From positions 8,682-72,681 of the forward strand of contig JANMDX010000256.1 in NCBI GenBank assembly GCA_031376505.1: 64,000 bases of DNA, given 5' to 3'. The translations under genes and the position numbers were made by a program. Positions 40,478 through 48,760 of this stretch are shown piece by piece. The DNA is from Acidobacteriota bacterium (lineage in GTDB: Bacteria > Acidobacteriota > Vicinamibacteria > Vicinamibacterales > UBA2999). The notes below the pieces were generated by a model, which saw nothing but the letters and a program-made list of their open reading frames with translations, was not told the DNA's origin and did not search any database. Within the stretch, counting starts at the first letter, position 1, and each line of letters starts with the position of its first letter.

Positions 40478-41371
40478 TCACACCGACGCGCTACTGGCGG
40501 GTACGCCGGAAGGCAGCACGGGGTCTGGCGTGATGCGATTCACAAGTTCGCGCAGCGCGAAGAGCAGGGCAAGGGCCGCTACGAACACGAGCCAGCCCGA
40601 GACCCCATGAAGAAATCCTTCAGCCACGTCGGCGCCGTAGCGATGGGCCGCGATCCCTGTGCCCGCGACGCGCAGGCCGTTGGTCAGCACGGCAATCGGC
40701 ACGGTCGAGACCGCGAGCAGGCAGCGCACCCAAAGCCGCGAGTCCATGAAGTAGGCATACACGACACTCAGCGTGAGCAGCGACACGAGCGAGCGGATGC
40801 CGCTGCACGCCTCGGCCACTTCGAGAGTGGTGTTGGCCAGGATCATCACGTTGCCTTCTCGTAGCACCGGCACGCCGAACGCCTCGAGGCCGGCCTGACC
40901 GACCTGTGAGGCCAGCAGCTGCAGCGGCAGCGCGACCTGGTTGAAGAGCAATGCCGGCAAGGGAATCATCAGCAGGAGGAAGGCCAGCGGAAACGCGAGC
41001 AGGCGCAGATGCGCCCATCCAAAAGCGAACAGCACCACACCCACAAGCACGCCCACCATCGCTACGCGCGTGAGGAACAGCTCGGCGCCAAGCGTGCCCG
41101 CCCCAAGCAGCAGCAGGCTGCCGACGACCACGGCGAAGCCAAGCGCACTGGGTCTCAACGCCGCCGCGGTAAGCGCCGCGCGGCGCTCCCATGCCAGGAA
41201 CAGCGCGACCGGCACGACCAGAAAGCCGTGGGAGTAGTTGTAGTCGGTGGACCAGTCGGCAACCAGATTGCGCGCGACGTCGAAGAACACGGCCGCAAAG
41301 GCAACGCCCGCCAGCACCGCCATGACGGCTGCGCGAGAGGGCGGCCCGGTGCGCAATGGGAGAATCGTCAC
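40478..41371 (-). CDS. Exosortase (EpsH/XrtA-like)
   Basis: DWSTDYNYSHGFLVVPVALFLAW, catalytic-Cys motif EACSGIRSL, NGLRV and HGVSGW motifs, 8 TM helices. The start is uncertain: GTG 41371 is chosen, with alternatives ATG 41323 and TTG 41449 (the latter would overlap the upstream hairpin tail). Confidence 0.9.
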   Translation of the reverse strand: MTILPLRTGPPSRAAVMAVLAGVAFAAVFFDVARNLVADWSTDYNYSHGFLVVPVALFLAWERRAALTAAALRPSALGFAVVVGSLLLLGAGTLGAELFLTRVAMVGVLVGVVLFAFGWAHLRLLAFPLAFLLLMIPLPALLFNQVALPLQLLASQVGQAGLEAFGVPVLREGNVMILANTTLEVAEACSGIRSLVSLLTLSVVYAYFMDSRLWVRCLLAVSTVPIAVLTNGLRVAGTGIAAHRYGADVAEGFLHGVSGWLVFVAALALLFALRELVNRITPDPVLPSGVPASSASV

Positions 41372-41440
41372 TCTCGAGGAAGTATCGGTCGGAACGAGGC
41401 GATTTCGTAGCGATGAATGGCGGCTCGCGGACGGCCGCGG

Positions 41441-41474
41441 AAATGACAACGGCGAGGCGCTGACGCGCCCCGCC
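41441..41474 (-). terminator. Stem-loop (possible attenuator/terminator) between the PEP-CTERM gene and the exosortase
   Basis: The minus-strand RNA forms GGCGGGGCGC-GUCA-GCGCCUCGCC, a 10-bp stem with one G-U pair, followed by GUUGUCAUUU. Confidence 0.4.
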
Positions 41475-41508
41475 GTGCGGAATCAACTGAAGTGGGAGCC
41501 GCCTGCAG

Positions 41509-42219
41509 CTAGGCGGTCTGAGCCGCGGCCCGACGGCGACGGCGACGAGCCGCCGCGGCGCCGGCCAGGCCAGTCGCGAGCAACACCATGCTGGCTGGTT
41601 CCGGCACGACGGTGGGCGCCGTGTTCACGAACGACTCGCTATTGCCTTCGCCGCCAATCGACTGCACGTGTGTGCCGATGCGCAGGTCGCCGGTCGACAG
41701 GCTGGTCAGCAGGCTGGCGAACGTGGAGCCCTGGTTGAGCGTGAAGATCAGCCTCAGCCACTCACCCGGGTTGACGCCGTTTGGCGATACCGGTGGCCGG
41801 GCGCCGACGCCGTCGGTGGCCCGGAACTGGATGCCGTTTCCGCCCGGCAGGTTCCGGTTACCGGCGAGCTCTCTGAAGCTCACGCCGCTTGACCCGTTCA
41901 TGCTGCTCAGCGCGATCAGCGTCGGATTGGGTTGGTCGAAATATATCTGGGTAATCGAGGACGCGCCCGGGCCCGTGTTGCTGAACAGGAACTCCACCGA
42001 GCCATTTCCCAGGTCGGTCAGTGCGGCACTGAGCTGCGACTGCCCGATGGCGCAGCTGGACGCGGCGTTGTTGGTCACGCACGAGAATCCGAGCGTGGCA
42101 GCCTCGGTCCGGGCCGTTCCGAGCGCAAACACCGTGGCAACCGCGGCGGCCGACAACGCAATCCGGGAAACTGACATTCGCATCACCAAGGCGCTCATCC
42201 TTTTCTCTACGGTAGCCAC
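41509..42219 (-). CDS. PEP-CTERM sorting-domain protein (putative exosortase substrate)
   Basis: C-terminus VVPEPASMVLLATGLAGAAAARRRRRRAAAQTA = PEP motif + TM helix + Arg cluster. N-terminal signal (…RIALSAAAVATVFALGTARTEA). The start is ambiguous: GTG 42219, or ATG 42198/42183/42177. Confidence 0.9.
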   Translation of the reverse strand: MATVEKRMSALVMRMSVSRIALSAAAVATVFALGTARTEAATLGFSCVTNNAASSCAIGQSQLSAALTDLGNGSVEFLFSNTGPGASSITQIYFDQPNPTLIALSSMNGSSGVSFRELAGNRNLPGGNGIQFRATDGVGARPPVSPNGVNPGEWLRLIFTLNQGSTFASLLTSLSTGDLRIGTHVQSIGGEGNSESFVNTAPTVVPEPASMVLLATGLAGAAAARRRRRRAAAQTA

Positions 42220-42274
42220 ACTTCACAGAGGAAGATCCGCCTGCGGTGCGGTGTCCGTTGACGCATATTGAACA

Positions 42275-42289
42275 GCAATAACGCTGCCA
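42275..42289 (-). promoter_or_regulatory. Candidate sigma-54 (-24/-12) promoter for the PEP-CTERM gene/exosortase operon
   Basis: The minus strand reads TGGCAGCGTTATTGC (TGGCA-N6-TTGC, canonical spacing). It lies 56 nt upstream of the first possible start codon. Confidence 0.65.
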
Positions 42290-42469
42290 ACTGTCCACGA
42301 CCGTGTACCTACGCGCCGTATTGAGGGTTTCCAGGCGATGGGTTCAAGGGGAGGGCCAGATGCAAGTCATGGTCGCGCATTTTGGGAAAAATAATCGTGC
42401 CCTGCGCAGACTAGTAAGGCTCGGCTGCCGCGGTTGGGCGCTCGGGCGCTTGACACCTCATGCCAGGTG

Positions 42470-42483
42470 CACGCAGCTGCGTG
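42470..42483. promoter_or_regulatory. 14-bp perfect palindrome CACGCAGCTGCGTG in the divergent control region
   Basis: Perfect dyad, about 180 bp upstream of the sigma-54 motif at 42275-42289 and about 130 bp upstream of the activator start at 42615. Confidence 0.3.
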
Positions 42484-42614
42484 GTTCAGGTCTTCCGTCC
42501 AGACTTTGTTCTGCTCTTTCCTGACAGATAGTCGCTCGATTCTTGTTCTTGTCCGCAAACTGCTGATATTCTGACGTGGTAGTGGTCCGTTCAGACTACG
42601 GGTCGACCAAATCA

Positions 42615-43775
42615 ATGCAGCCAGTCGACGCTCCCCGAGACATACCGGCGCCCCAGCCTCGCCAGCAGGTCCTGATTGGACGGAGCCAGGCTCTGAAGGT
42701 CGTACATCAGGAGATCGAGTACGCCGCGCGGTCCGACGCGAAGGTGCTTGTCACGGGGGCCAGTGGCGTGGGCAAGGAAGTGGTCGCGCACCTCATCCAC
42801 ACCCGCAGCCGGCGGCGCCACGCGCCGATGCTTACGATCAACTGTGCGGCCATGCCTGACTCGCTGCTCGAGTCCGAGCTCTTCGGACACGCCCGGGGTA
42901 GCTTCACCGACGCGTATCGCGACAAGCGCGGGCTCTTTGAAGCCGCCAATGGCGGCACGGTGTTCCTCGACGAAGTCGGCGAGATGTCACTCCGCATGCA
43001 GGCGTTGCTGCTCAGATTTCTCGAAACCGGGGAGATTCAGCGGGTGGGCGACGAGCGCAATCGCGCCAACGTCAACGTCCGCGTCGTGGCCGCGACGAAT
43101 CGGCGTCTGCCCGAACGCATCCAGAGCGGCGACTTCCGCGAAGACCTCTACTATCGGCTCAATGTGATTCACATCACGATTCCGCCGCTGCGCGAACGTC
43201 GCGACGACGTGGCGCCGCTGCTCGAGCACTTCCTGCGGCAATTCGCGGTCGAACACGGCGTGCCTCTGCCGGCAACCGCCGACGACGCGGTGACCGCGCT
43301 CGAAGCGTACGACTGGCCCGGCAACGTTCGAGAGCTCCGCAACATCGCCGAGCGTCTGACCTGCCGCTGCCCCGGCGGCGTGATTCGCATCGAAGATCTG
43401 CCGGCGGAAGTACGGGCTGTGGCTGTGCCTCCCGACGCGCCGGGGACGAAGCCAGGCGCGACCGCTCCGGCGCAAGCCTTGCTCGATCGGATCCTGCTCA
43501 GGGGTGAATCGTTCTGGGATGTGGCGTACGAACCGTTCATGGCCCGCGACTTGACGCGTGAGGACGTGCGGCACCTGGTGCGCGTGGGGCTCGAACAAAC
43601 CCGCGGGAACTACAAGGCGCTGGTGCAGCTGTTCAACATGGAACCGCAGGACTACAAGCGGTTCCTGAATTTCCTGCGCAAATACGGCTGCCACATGCCG
43701 TTCCAGCGATTCCGGATGGCGCCGGGTCGCGGCGACAGCGGCGCAGCCGGTTCGAGCGGTAAAGAGCCCGTCTGA
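42615..43775 (+). CDS. Sigma-54-dependent transcriptional activator without receiver/sensor domain (paralog 2)
   Basis: About 25 residues precede the AAA+ core: Walker A GASGVGKE, Walker [10 protein letters not shown], contact loop [26 protein letters not shown]-terminal tail [25 protein letters not shown] matches paralog 1. ATG 42615 is preferred over GTG 42576. Confidence 0.9.
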   Translation: MQPVDAPRDIPAPQPRQQVLIGRSQALKVVHQEIEYAARSDAKVLVTGASGVGKEVVAHLIHTRSRRRHAPMLTINCAAMPDSLLESELFGHARGSFTDAYRDKRGLFEAANGGTVFLDEVGEMSLRMQALLLRFLETGEIQRVGDERNRANVNVRVVAATNRRLPERIQSGDFREDLYYRLNVIHITIPPLRERRDDVAPLLEHFLRQFAVEHGVPLPATADDAVTALEAYDWPGNVRELRNIAERLTCRCPGGVIRIEDLPAEVRAVAVPPDAPGTKPGATAPAQALLDRILLRGESFWDVAYEPFMARDLTREDVRHLVRVGLEQTRGNYKALVQLFNMEPQDYKRFLNFLRKYGCHMPFQRFRMAPGRGDSGAAGSSGKEPV

Positions 43776-43787
43776 GCCGGCGCGCTC
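43772..43787. terminator. Small hairpin formed by two convergent stop codons
   Basis: CTGAGC-CGGC-GCTCAG: a 6-bp perfect stem that includes TGA of 42615..43775 and the reverse TGA of 43786..44445. No U-tract. Confidence 0.25.
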
Positions 43788-44445
43788 AGGCCGCCGACAC
43801 CGCGTCGACGTACGACTGCCAGCGCGGGTTGTCGGGCATCGCAAACGCGACCCCGCACGCCACGGGTTGCAATGGGTCGCCGCGATGAGCCCACACGCGC
43901 TGTCCGCGCAAGTCGATACCGAGCTCTGGGATGACGACGTGCACCGTGTCGCCCGGGGGCGACATGCCGAAGACCTCGAGACAGACGCCGCCGTAGCTCA
44001 CGTCGAGCAGCCGGCCCGGCAACCCTTCCACCACCGCTGCGACGTCGGAGGCCAGACGCTTCCGTGGCCACCGGCGCTTGGGCCGCGGGACCGCAAGGAG
44101 TTCTGCGATGGTCAACTCGAGATCGCGGGGCGTTACCGGCGAGAGAAGATACCGCGCACCGAGTCCGCCCGCTTCGACTTCAAGGACGTGATCCTGGCCA
44201 CCGATGACGATGGCCACGGTGCGAGGAAACTCGACGCGCGCCACCGCCACGAGATGCAAGCCGTTGTACGGGCCAAGGCGCACGTCGGTGACGAGTACTT
44301 CGGGGGGCGAGCCCTCTTCCAGAGTGCGTCGGGCGTCCGGGAAACTCGAACACGCACGCGCTGCGAAACCAGCACGCCTCAGGGCGGTCACGCGTCCCGA
44401 CAGAACGTGAGGATCAGCACTGACGACGAGGATGTCTGATGTCAT
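43786..44445 (-). CDS. Degenerate receiver (REC) domain + PilZ domain protein (copy 1)
   Basis: CheY-like fold (ILVVSADP...VLVTDVRLGPYNGLHLV...AIVIGGQD...YLLSPV). C-terminal PilZ motifs RRWPRKR (RxxxR) and DVSYGG (DxSxxG). Start at ATG 44445. Confidence 0.8.
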   Translation of the reverse strand: MTSDILVVSADPHVLSGRVTALRRAGFAARACSSFPDARRTLEEGSPPEVLVTDVRLGPYNGLHLVAVARVEFPRTVAIVIGGQDHVLEVEAGGLGARYLLSPVTPRDLELTIAELLAVPRPKRRWPRKRLASDVAAVVEGLPGRLLDVSYGGVCLEVFGMSPPGDTVHVVIPELGIDLRGQRVWAHRGDPLQPVACGVAFAMPDNPRWQSYVDAVSAA

Positions 44446-44471
44446 GCTCAAGGTTTGCCGAGTATGACATT

Positions 44472-44486
44472 GCAAACCATCGGCCA
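44472..44486 (-). promoter_or_regulatory. Candidate sigma-54 (-24/-12) promoter for REC-PilZ copy 1
   Basis: The minus strand reads TGGCCGATGGTTTGC (then AA) with canonical GG/GC spacing, 27 nt upstream of ATG 44445. The 7-bp inverted repeat GGTTTGC/GCAAACC (44452-44458 / 44472-44478) overlaps the -12 element. Confidence 0.5.
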
Positions 44487-44601
44487 AGCGTAAATCTGGC
44501 GTCTGCGCTCAATTCGCATGCCTGGCGCTGGGCCTGACCAGACTTCTGGCCCTTGTTCCAGGGACAAATCGAGGATGCCCCGGAACGAGTCCCTCGGCCA
44601 G

Positions 44602-45306
44602 TTAGGCAGGCAGCCCAGGCCCGCCCGAGAGCGGCAGGATGCCTGGGAGCAGTTCCAGACCGTCGACAAACGAGCGCCATCGAGCATCGACTGCGCTGTC
44701 GCGACGCAGAGCCAACCCGCAGGCAATGGGCTGGGCCCTACCGGGGCGTTTGGCCCACACCCGCTCGACCGGCACGGCAAGGCCCGTCGAGGGCACGGTC
44801 AGCTCGAGCGCGTCGGTCGGGATGTCGGCGCCAAAGAACTCGATGCCCGCGCCGCCGTAGCTCACGTCTACGATGCGTGCTTCGATACCAGATACAAACG
44901 TAGCGAGCTCGCGAACGGGGCGCTTGCGTGGCCAGCGGCGCTGGGGACGAGGGGCGGCCACGAGTTCGGCGAGCACGGCCGCAAGCCGGTCGGCCGCCAC
45001 CGGCTCGACCAGGTACCTGGCCCCAAGGTGATACGACTCGGCCTGCAGGGCGGAGTCTCTGGGCCCGACGACGAGACAGGTCGTCCTCGGGTGCTCCACC
45101 TGCGCAATGGCGACGAGATGGAGTCCGTTGTAGTCGCCAAGATGCACGTCGGTGACGATGGCGTGCGGCTCGAGCTCCGACAGCACCTGGCGCGCGTCGA
45201 GAAAGGTCTCGACCGGCATCACGGAGAATCCCGCATCCCGGAGGGCCTCGAGTCTTCCAGCTGAAGTGGAATCGTTGGCGCCTACGACGAGCACCGGCAT
45301 TTGCAT
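44602..45306 (-). CDS. Degenerate receiver (REC) domain + PilZ domain protein (copy 2)
   Basis: Paralog of 43786..44445 (VLVVGAND...AIVTDVHLGDYNGLHLV...YLVEPV; RRWPRKR; DVSYGG). The start is ambiguous: ATG 45306 or 45300, or GTG 45330. Confidence 0.8.
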   Translation of the reverse strand: MQMPVLVVGANDSTSAGRLEALRDAGFSVMPVETFLDARQVLSELEPHAIVTDVHLGDYNGLHLVAIAQVEHPRTTCLVVGPRDSALQAESYHLGARYLVEPVAADRLAAVLAELVAAPRPQRRWPRKRPVRELATFVSGIEARIVDVSYGGAGIEFFGADIPTDALELTVPSTGLAVPVERVWAKRPGRAQPIACGLALRRDSAVDARWRSFVDGLELLPGILPLSGGPGLPA

Positions 45307-45530
45307 AACGTCAGGTCCTTGAGTTGCCACGCTCCAAAACGTGCTTCAAAGATCGGGCCAAGACGAATTGCGCAAATTAAGGCCAAGACTTGATGGATTG
45401 CGGTGCATCCTGACGTGGGGCGTCAACATAATCGTAAAGGATCAAACCCCAAGCGTCGGTGAATTGACGGGTGCCCATGGCGCATGAATCGGGTGTTGCG
45501 CGCCGGTTGTCGACTGGTTCAGGATAGGCC

Positions 45531-46364
<834 letters not shown>

Positions 46365-46509
46365 GCGGGCCGGCGCGCGCCACAGCGCCTCGTTTGTCGC
46401 CGATCGCGGCGACGCCGCCCACCGGCTGGATCACGCGGCCGCGCGGCACCTGGCGGGCCCGTTCTCGCTGTCGCGAGCCGGACTGCAGCGGCTCGTCGGG
46501 CAGGGGCGC

Positions 46510-47376
46510 GTGCGGGTGAACGGCGTGGCGGCGGCCCGGCCGGCGCAGCGGGTCAACGCCGGCGATGTGGTGCAGGTGGACGTCCCGTCGGCTCCGCAAC
46601 GCCAGGCGCCCACGGCCGAGGCGCTGCCGCTGTCGATCCTGTACGAAGACACGTCCATCCTGGTGCTCGTCAAGCCGCCTGGCATGGTGGCCCACCCGTC
46701 GTCGGCCCACAGGTCGGGCACGCTACTGAACGCGCTGCTCTGGCATGCGGACCGCGACCCGGGGCAGGCGTCCAGCTGGCAACCCCGGTTGGTGCAACGC
46801 CTCGACAAGGACACGTCGGGTCTGCTCGTGGTCGCGAAATCGCCCGAGGCGCACGCCGCGTTGCAGGGGGAGCGTGCGCACTTCGTGAAAGAGTACTTGG
46901 CCATCGTGTGGGGGCGCCCGGTGCCCGCGCGGGGCGCGATTGACCATCGGCTCGGACGCGACCCCCTGGACCGGCGACGGGTGATGGTGCGCGACGGCGG
47001 CGCCACGGCCCTGACGCGTTATCGAGTCCTTGATCGCTCGCGCCGGCACGCGCGCGGGCTGAGCCTCGTGTGCTGCGAGCTCGTCACCGGACGCACCCAT
47101 CAACTGCGCGTGCACCTGGCAGCGCAGGGCTGGCCGATCGTCGGGGATCAGACCTACGGGGAGCCATCCCGCACGCGCATCGCAGACACGACGGTCGATC
47201 GCGCCGCGCGCGCGTTCGACCGTCAGGCGTTGCATGCGTGGCGTCTGCAGTTTGCGCACCCGCGATCGGGGCGCCTCATGCAGTTTGAAGCCCCAGTGCC
47301 CCCGGACATGGCCGCGCTCATGGCGACCGCGGCACTGGGACGCGGCCTGCCGCGGGTTCTCGCCCCGCGCGTATAA
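46510..47376 (+). CDS. RluA/RluD-family pseudouridine synthase (true start probably upstream of 46510)
   Basis: Catalytic motif HRLDKDTSGLLVVAK. GTG 46510 is the first canonical start, but the same frame upstream encodes the beginning of an S4 domain (HRLDHAAARHLAGPFSLSRAGLQRLVGQGRV). See the finding for 46351-46512. Confidence 0.85.
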   Translation: MRVNGVAAARPAQRVNAGDVVQVDVPSAPQRQAPTAEALPLSILYEDTSILVLVKPPGMVAHPSSAHRSGTLLNALLWHADRDPGQASSWQPRLVQRLDKDTSGLLVVAKSPEAHAALQGERAHFVKEYLAIVWGRPVPARGAIDHRLGRDPLDRRRVMVRDGGATALTRYRVLDRSRRHARGLSLVCCELVTGRTHQLRVHLAAQGWPIVGDQTYGEPSRTRIADTTVDRAARAFDRQALHAWRLQFAHPRSGRLMQFEAPVPPDMAALMATAALGRGLPRVLAPRV

Positions 47377-47408
47377 TCGGCGCGGCCGCGCGCGCGGCCG
47401 CCTGTCCA

Positions 47409-48473
47409 ATGACCCGCGACGACCTCACGCGCCGACTCGCGGCACAGCCCCGCACACCCCTGGCCGCGCTGCCGACGCCGCTCGAAGACGCGGTGCGCCT
47501 GCGTCATGCGCTCGGCGGACCGAAGCGCTGTCCGCGCATCCTCGTGAAACGCGACGACCTGACGGGGCTCGGGCTAGGTGGCAACAAGGCCCGCAAGCTC
47601 GAGTATCTGCTCGGCGATGCGCTGGCCAACGGGGCCACCGCGATCATCACCACCGGCGCCGTGCAGTCGAACCACGCGCGCATGACCGCGGCCGCCGCCG
47701 CCATGTGCGGTCTGGAATCGCACCTGGTGCTTACGGCGAGCAGCGCCGACCCGATCGACGAAGGCAATCTGCTGCTCGACCGCCTCTTTGGCGCTCATGT
47801 GTACTTCGTGCCGGCCGTGGATCCGATGCTGGCCGTTGGACATGACGAGGCGAAGGTGGCCGACGTGGCCGACGCCGTTCGCGCGCGCGGCGGGCGCCCC
47901 TATGTGATTCCAGTCGGCGGCTCGAGCGCGATCGGCGCGCTCGGGTACGTGGCCGGCACACTCGAACTCGCGCGTCAGCTCGACGCCCTCGAGGTTCGCC
48001 CCACTCGGCTGTACTTCGGCAGCGGGTCGCGCGGTACGCAAGCCGGGCTCACGCTGGGCGCCCACCTGGCGCAGACGTCGTACCGTCTGCACGGGATCGC
48101 GGTAAGCGCCGGCGAACCGGAGAAGATCGAGCGGGCACGGCGGGTGGCGCGCGAAACCGCGGCGCTGCTCGGAGCCGACGACTCGGTGACGGCCGTGGAG
48201 TTCTTCACCGATCAGCACCACATCGGCGAGGGCTACGGCCTGCCGACCCCCGAAGCGCTCGAGGCGATGCTCCTCGTGGCGCGGTCCGAAGCTCTTGTGC
48301 TGGATCCCACCTACACCGCAAAGGCGATGGCGGCTCTGGTGCACCACGTCCGGACCGGCGCGGTCGGCGCGGACGACGCCGTGGTGTTCCTGCACACGGG
48401 CGGAAGCCCAGCGGTCTTCGCGCAGACGGCCCGCGAGAAGCTGCACGCATCTCCCGGTTGGCAGATTCTGTAA
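47409..48473 (+). CDS. D-cysteine desulfhydrase / ACC deaminase family PLP enzyme
   Basis: PTPLE...KRDDLTGLGLGGNKARKLEYLLGDAL (PLP Lys), TTGAVQSNHAR, and a Gly-rich loop later. Confidence 0.9.
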   Translation: MTRDDLTRRLAAQPRTPLAALPTPLEDAVRLRHALGGPKRCPRILVKRDDLTGLGLGGNKARKLEYLLGDALANGATAIITTGAVQSNHARMTAAAAAMCGLESHLVLTASSADPIDEGNLLLDRLFGAHVYFVPAVDPMLAVGHDEAKVADVADAVRARGGRPYVIPVGGSSAIGALGYVAGTLELARQLDALEVRPTRLYFGSGSRGTQAGLTLGAHLAQTSYRLHGIAVSAGEPEKIERARRVARETAALLGADDSVTAVEFFTDQHHIGEGYGLPTPEALEAMLLVARSEALVLDPTYTAKAMAALVHHVRTGAVGADDAVVFLHTGGSPAVFAQTAREKLHASPGWQIL

Positions 48474-48732
48474 CAACTGCGTCATTCGAGGTGTGCAGAA
48501 ACTGAGCACCGTGTGCTGCAACGGCACACCTGAGTCTAAACTATTTATACACAAAGAGTTAGACGCAGGCGTTGACTCATAAGTGGCTCTTCGGTGTGTC
48601 GTACGCAACACCCGGCCGCTCCGCAACCGGCAGTTGACGCCGGCTGCAGCCATGTGCAGATTCGTATGGGTCTCGGCGGTTTTCCTAACGAACTCGCCTT
48701 GTCGTTCCCGTCGTCGAAGGCGCCCGCATTCT

Positions 48733-48747
48733 TGGCAGCGGCTTTGC
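48733..48747 (+). promoter_or_regulatory. Candidate sigma-54 (-24/-12) promoter immediately upstream of the S8 protease gene
   Basis: TGGCAGCGGCTTTGC (TGGCA-N6-TTGC). Only 13 nt separate the -12 GC from ATG 48761, implying a leaderless or near-leaderless mRNA if the motif is functional. Confidence 0.45.
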
Positions 48748-48760
48748 GAAGACGGATGGC

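Noticed and set aside
45372-45385. Sigma-54-like motif TGGCCTTAATTTGC (minus strand) upstream of REC-PilZ copy 2
   Set aside because: The GG-to-GC spacing is one nucleotide short of canonical. Spacing is critical for sigma-54 promoters.
47382-47401. GCGGCCGC-GCGC-GCGGCCGC palindrome between the pseudouridine synthase and the desulfhydrase-family gene, considered as a terminator
   Set aside because: Each half is itself a palindrome and no U-tract follows. Such GC palindromes are frequent at this composition, and the next gene starts 8 nt later, so co-transcription is more likely.
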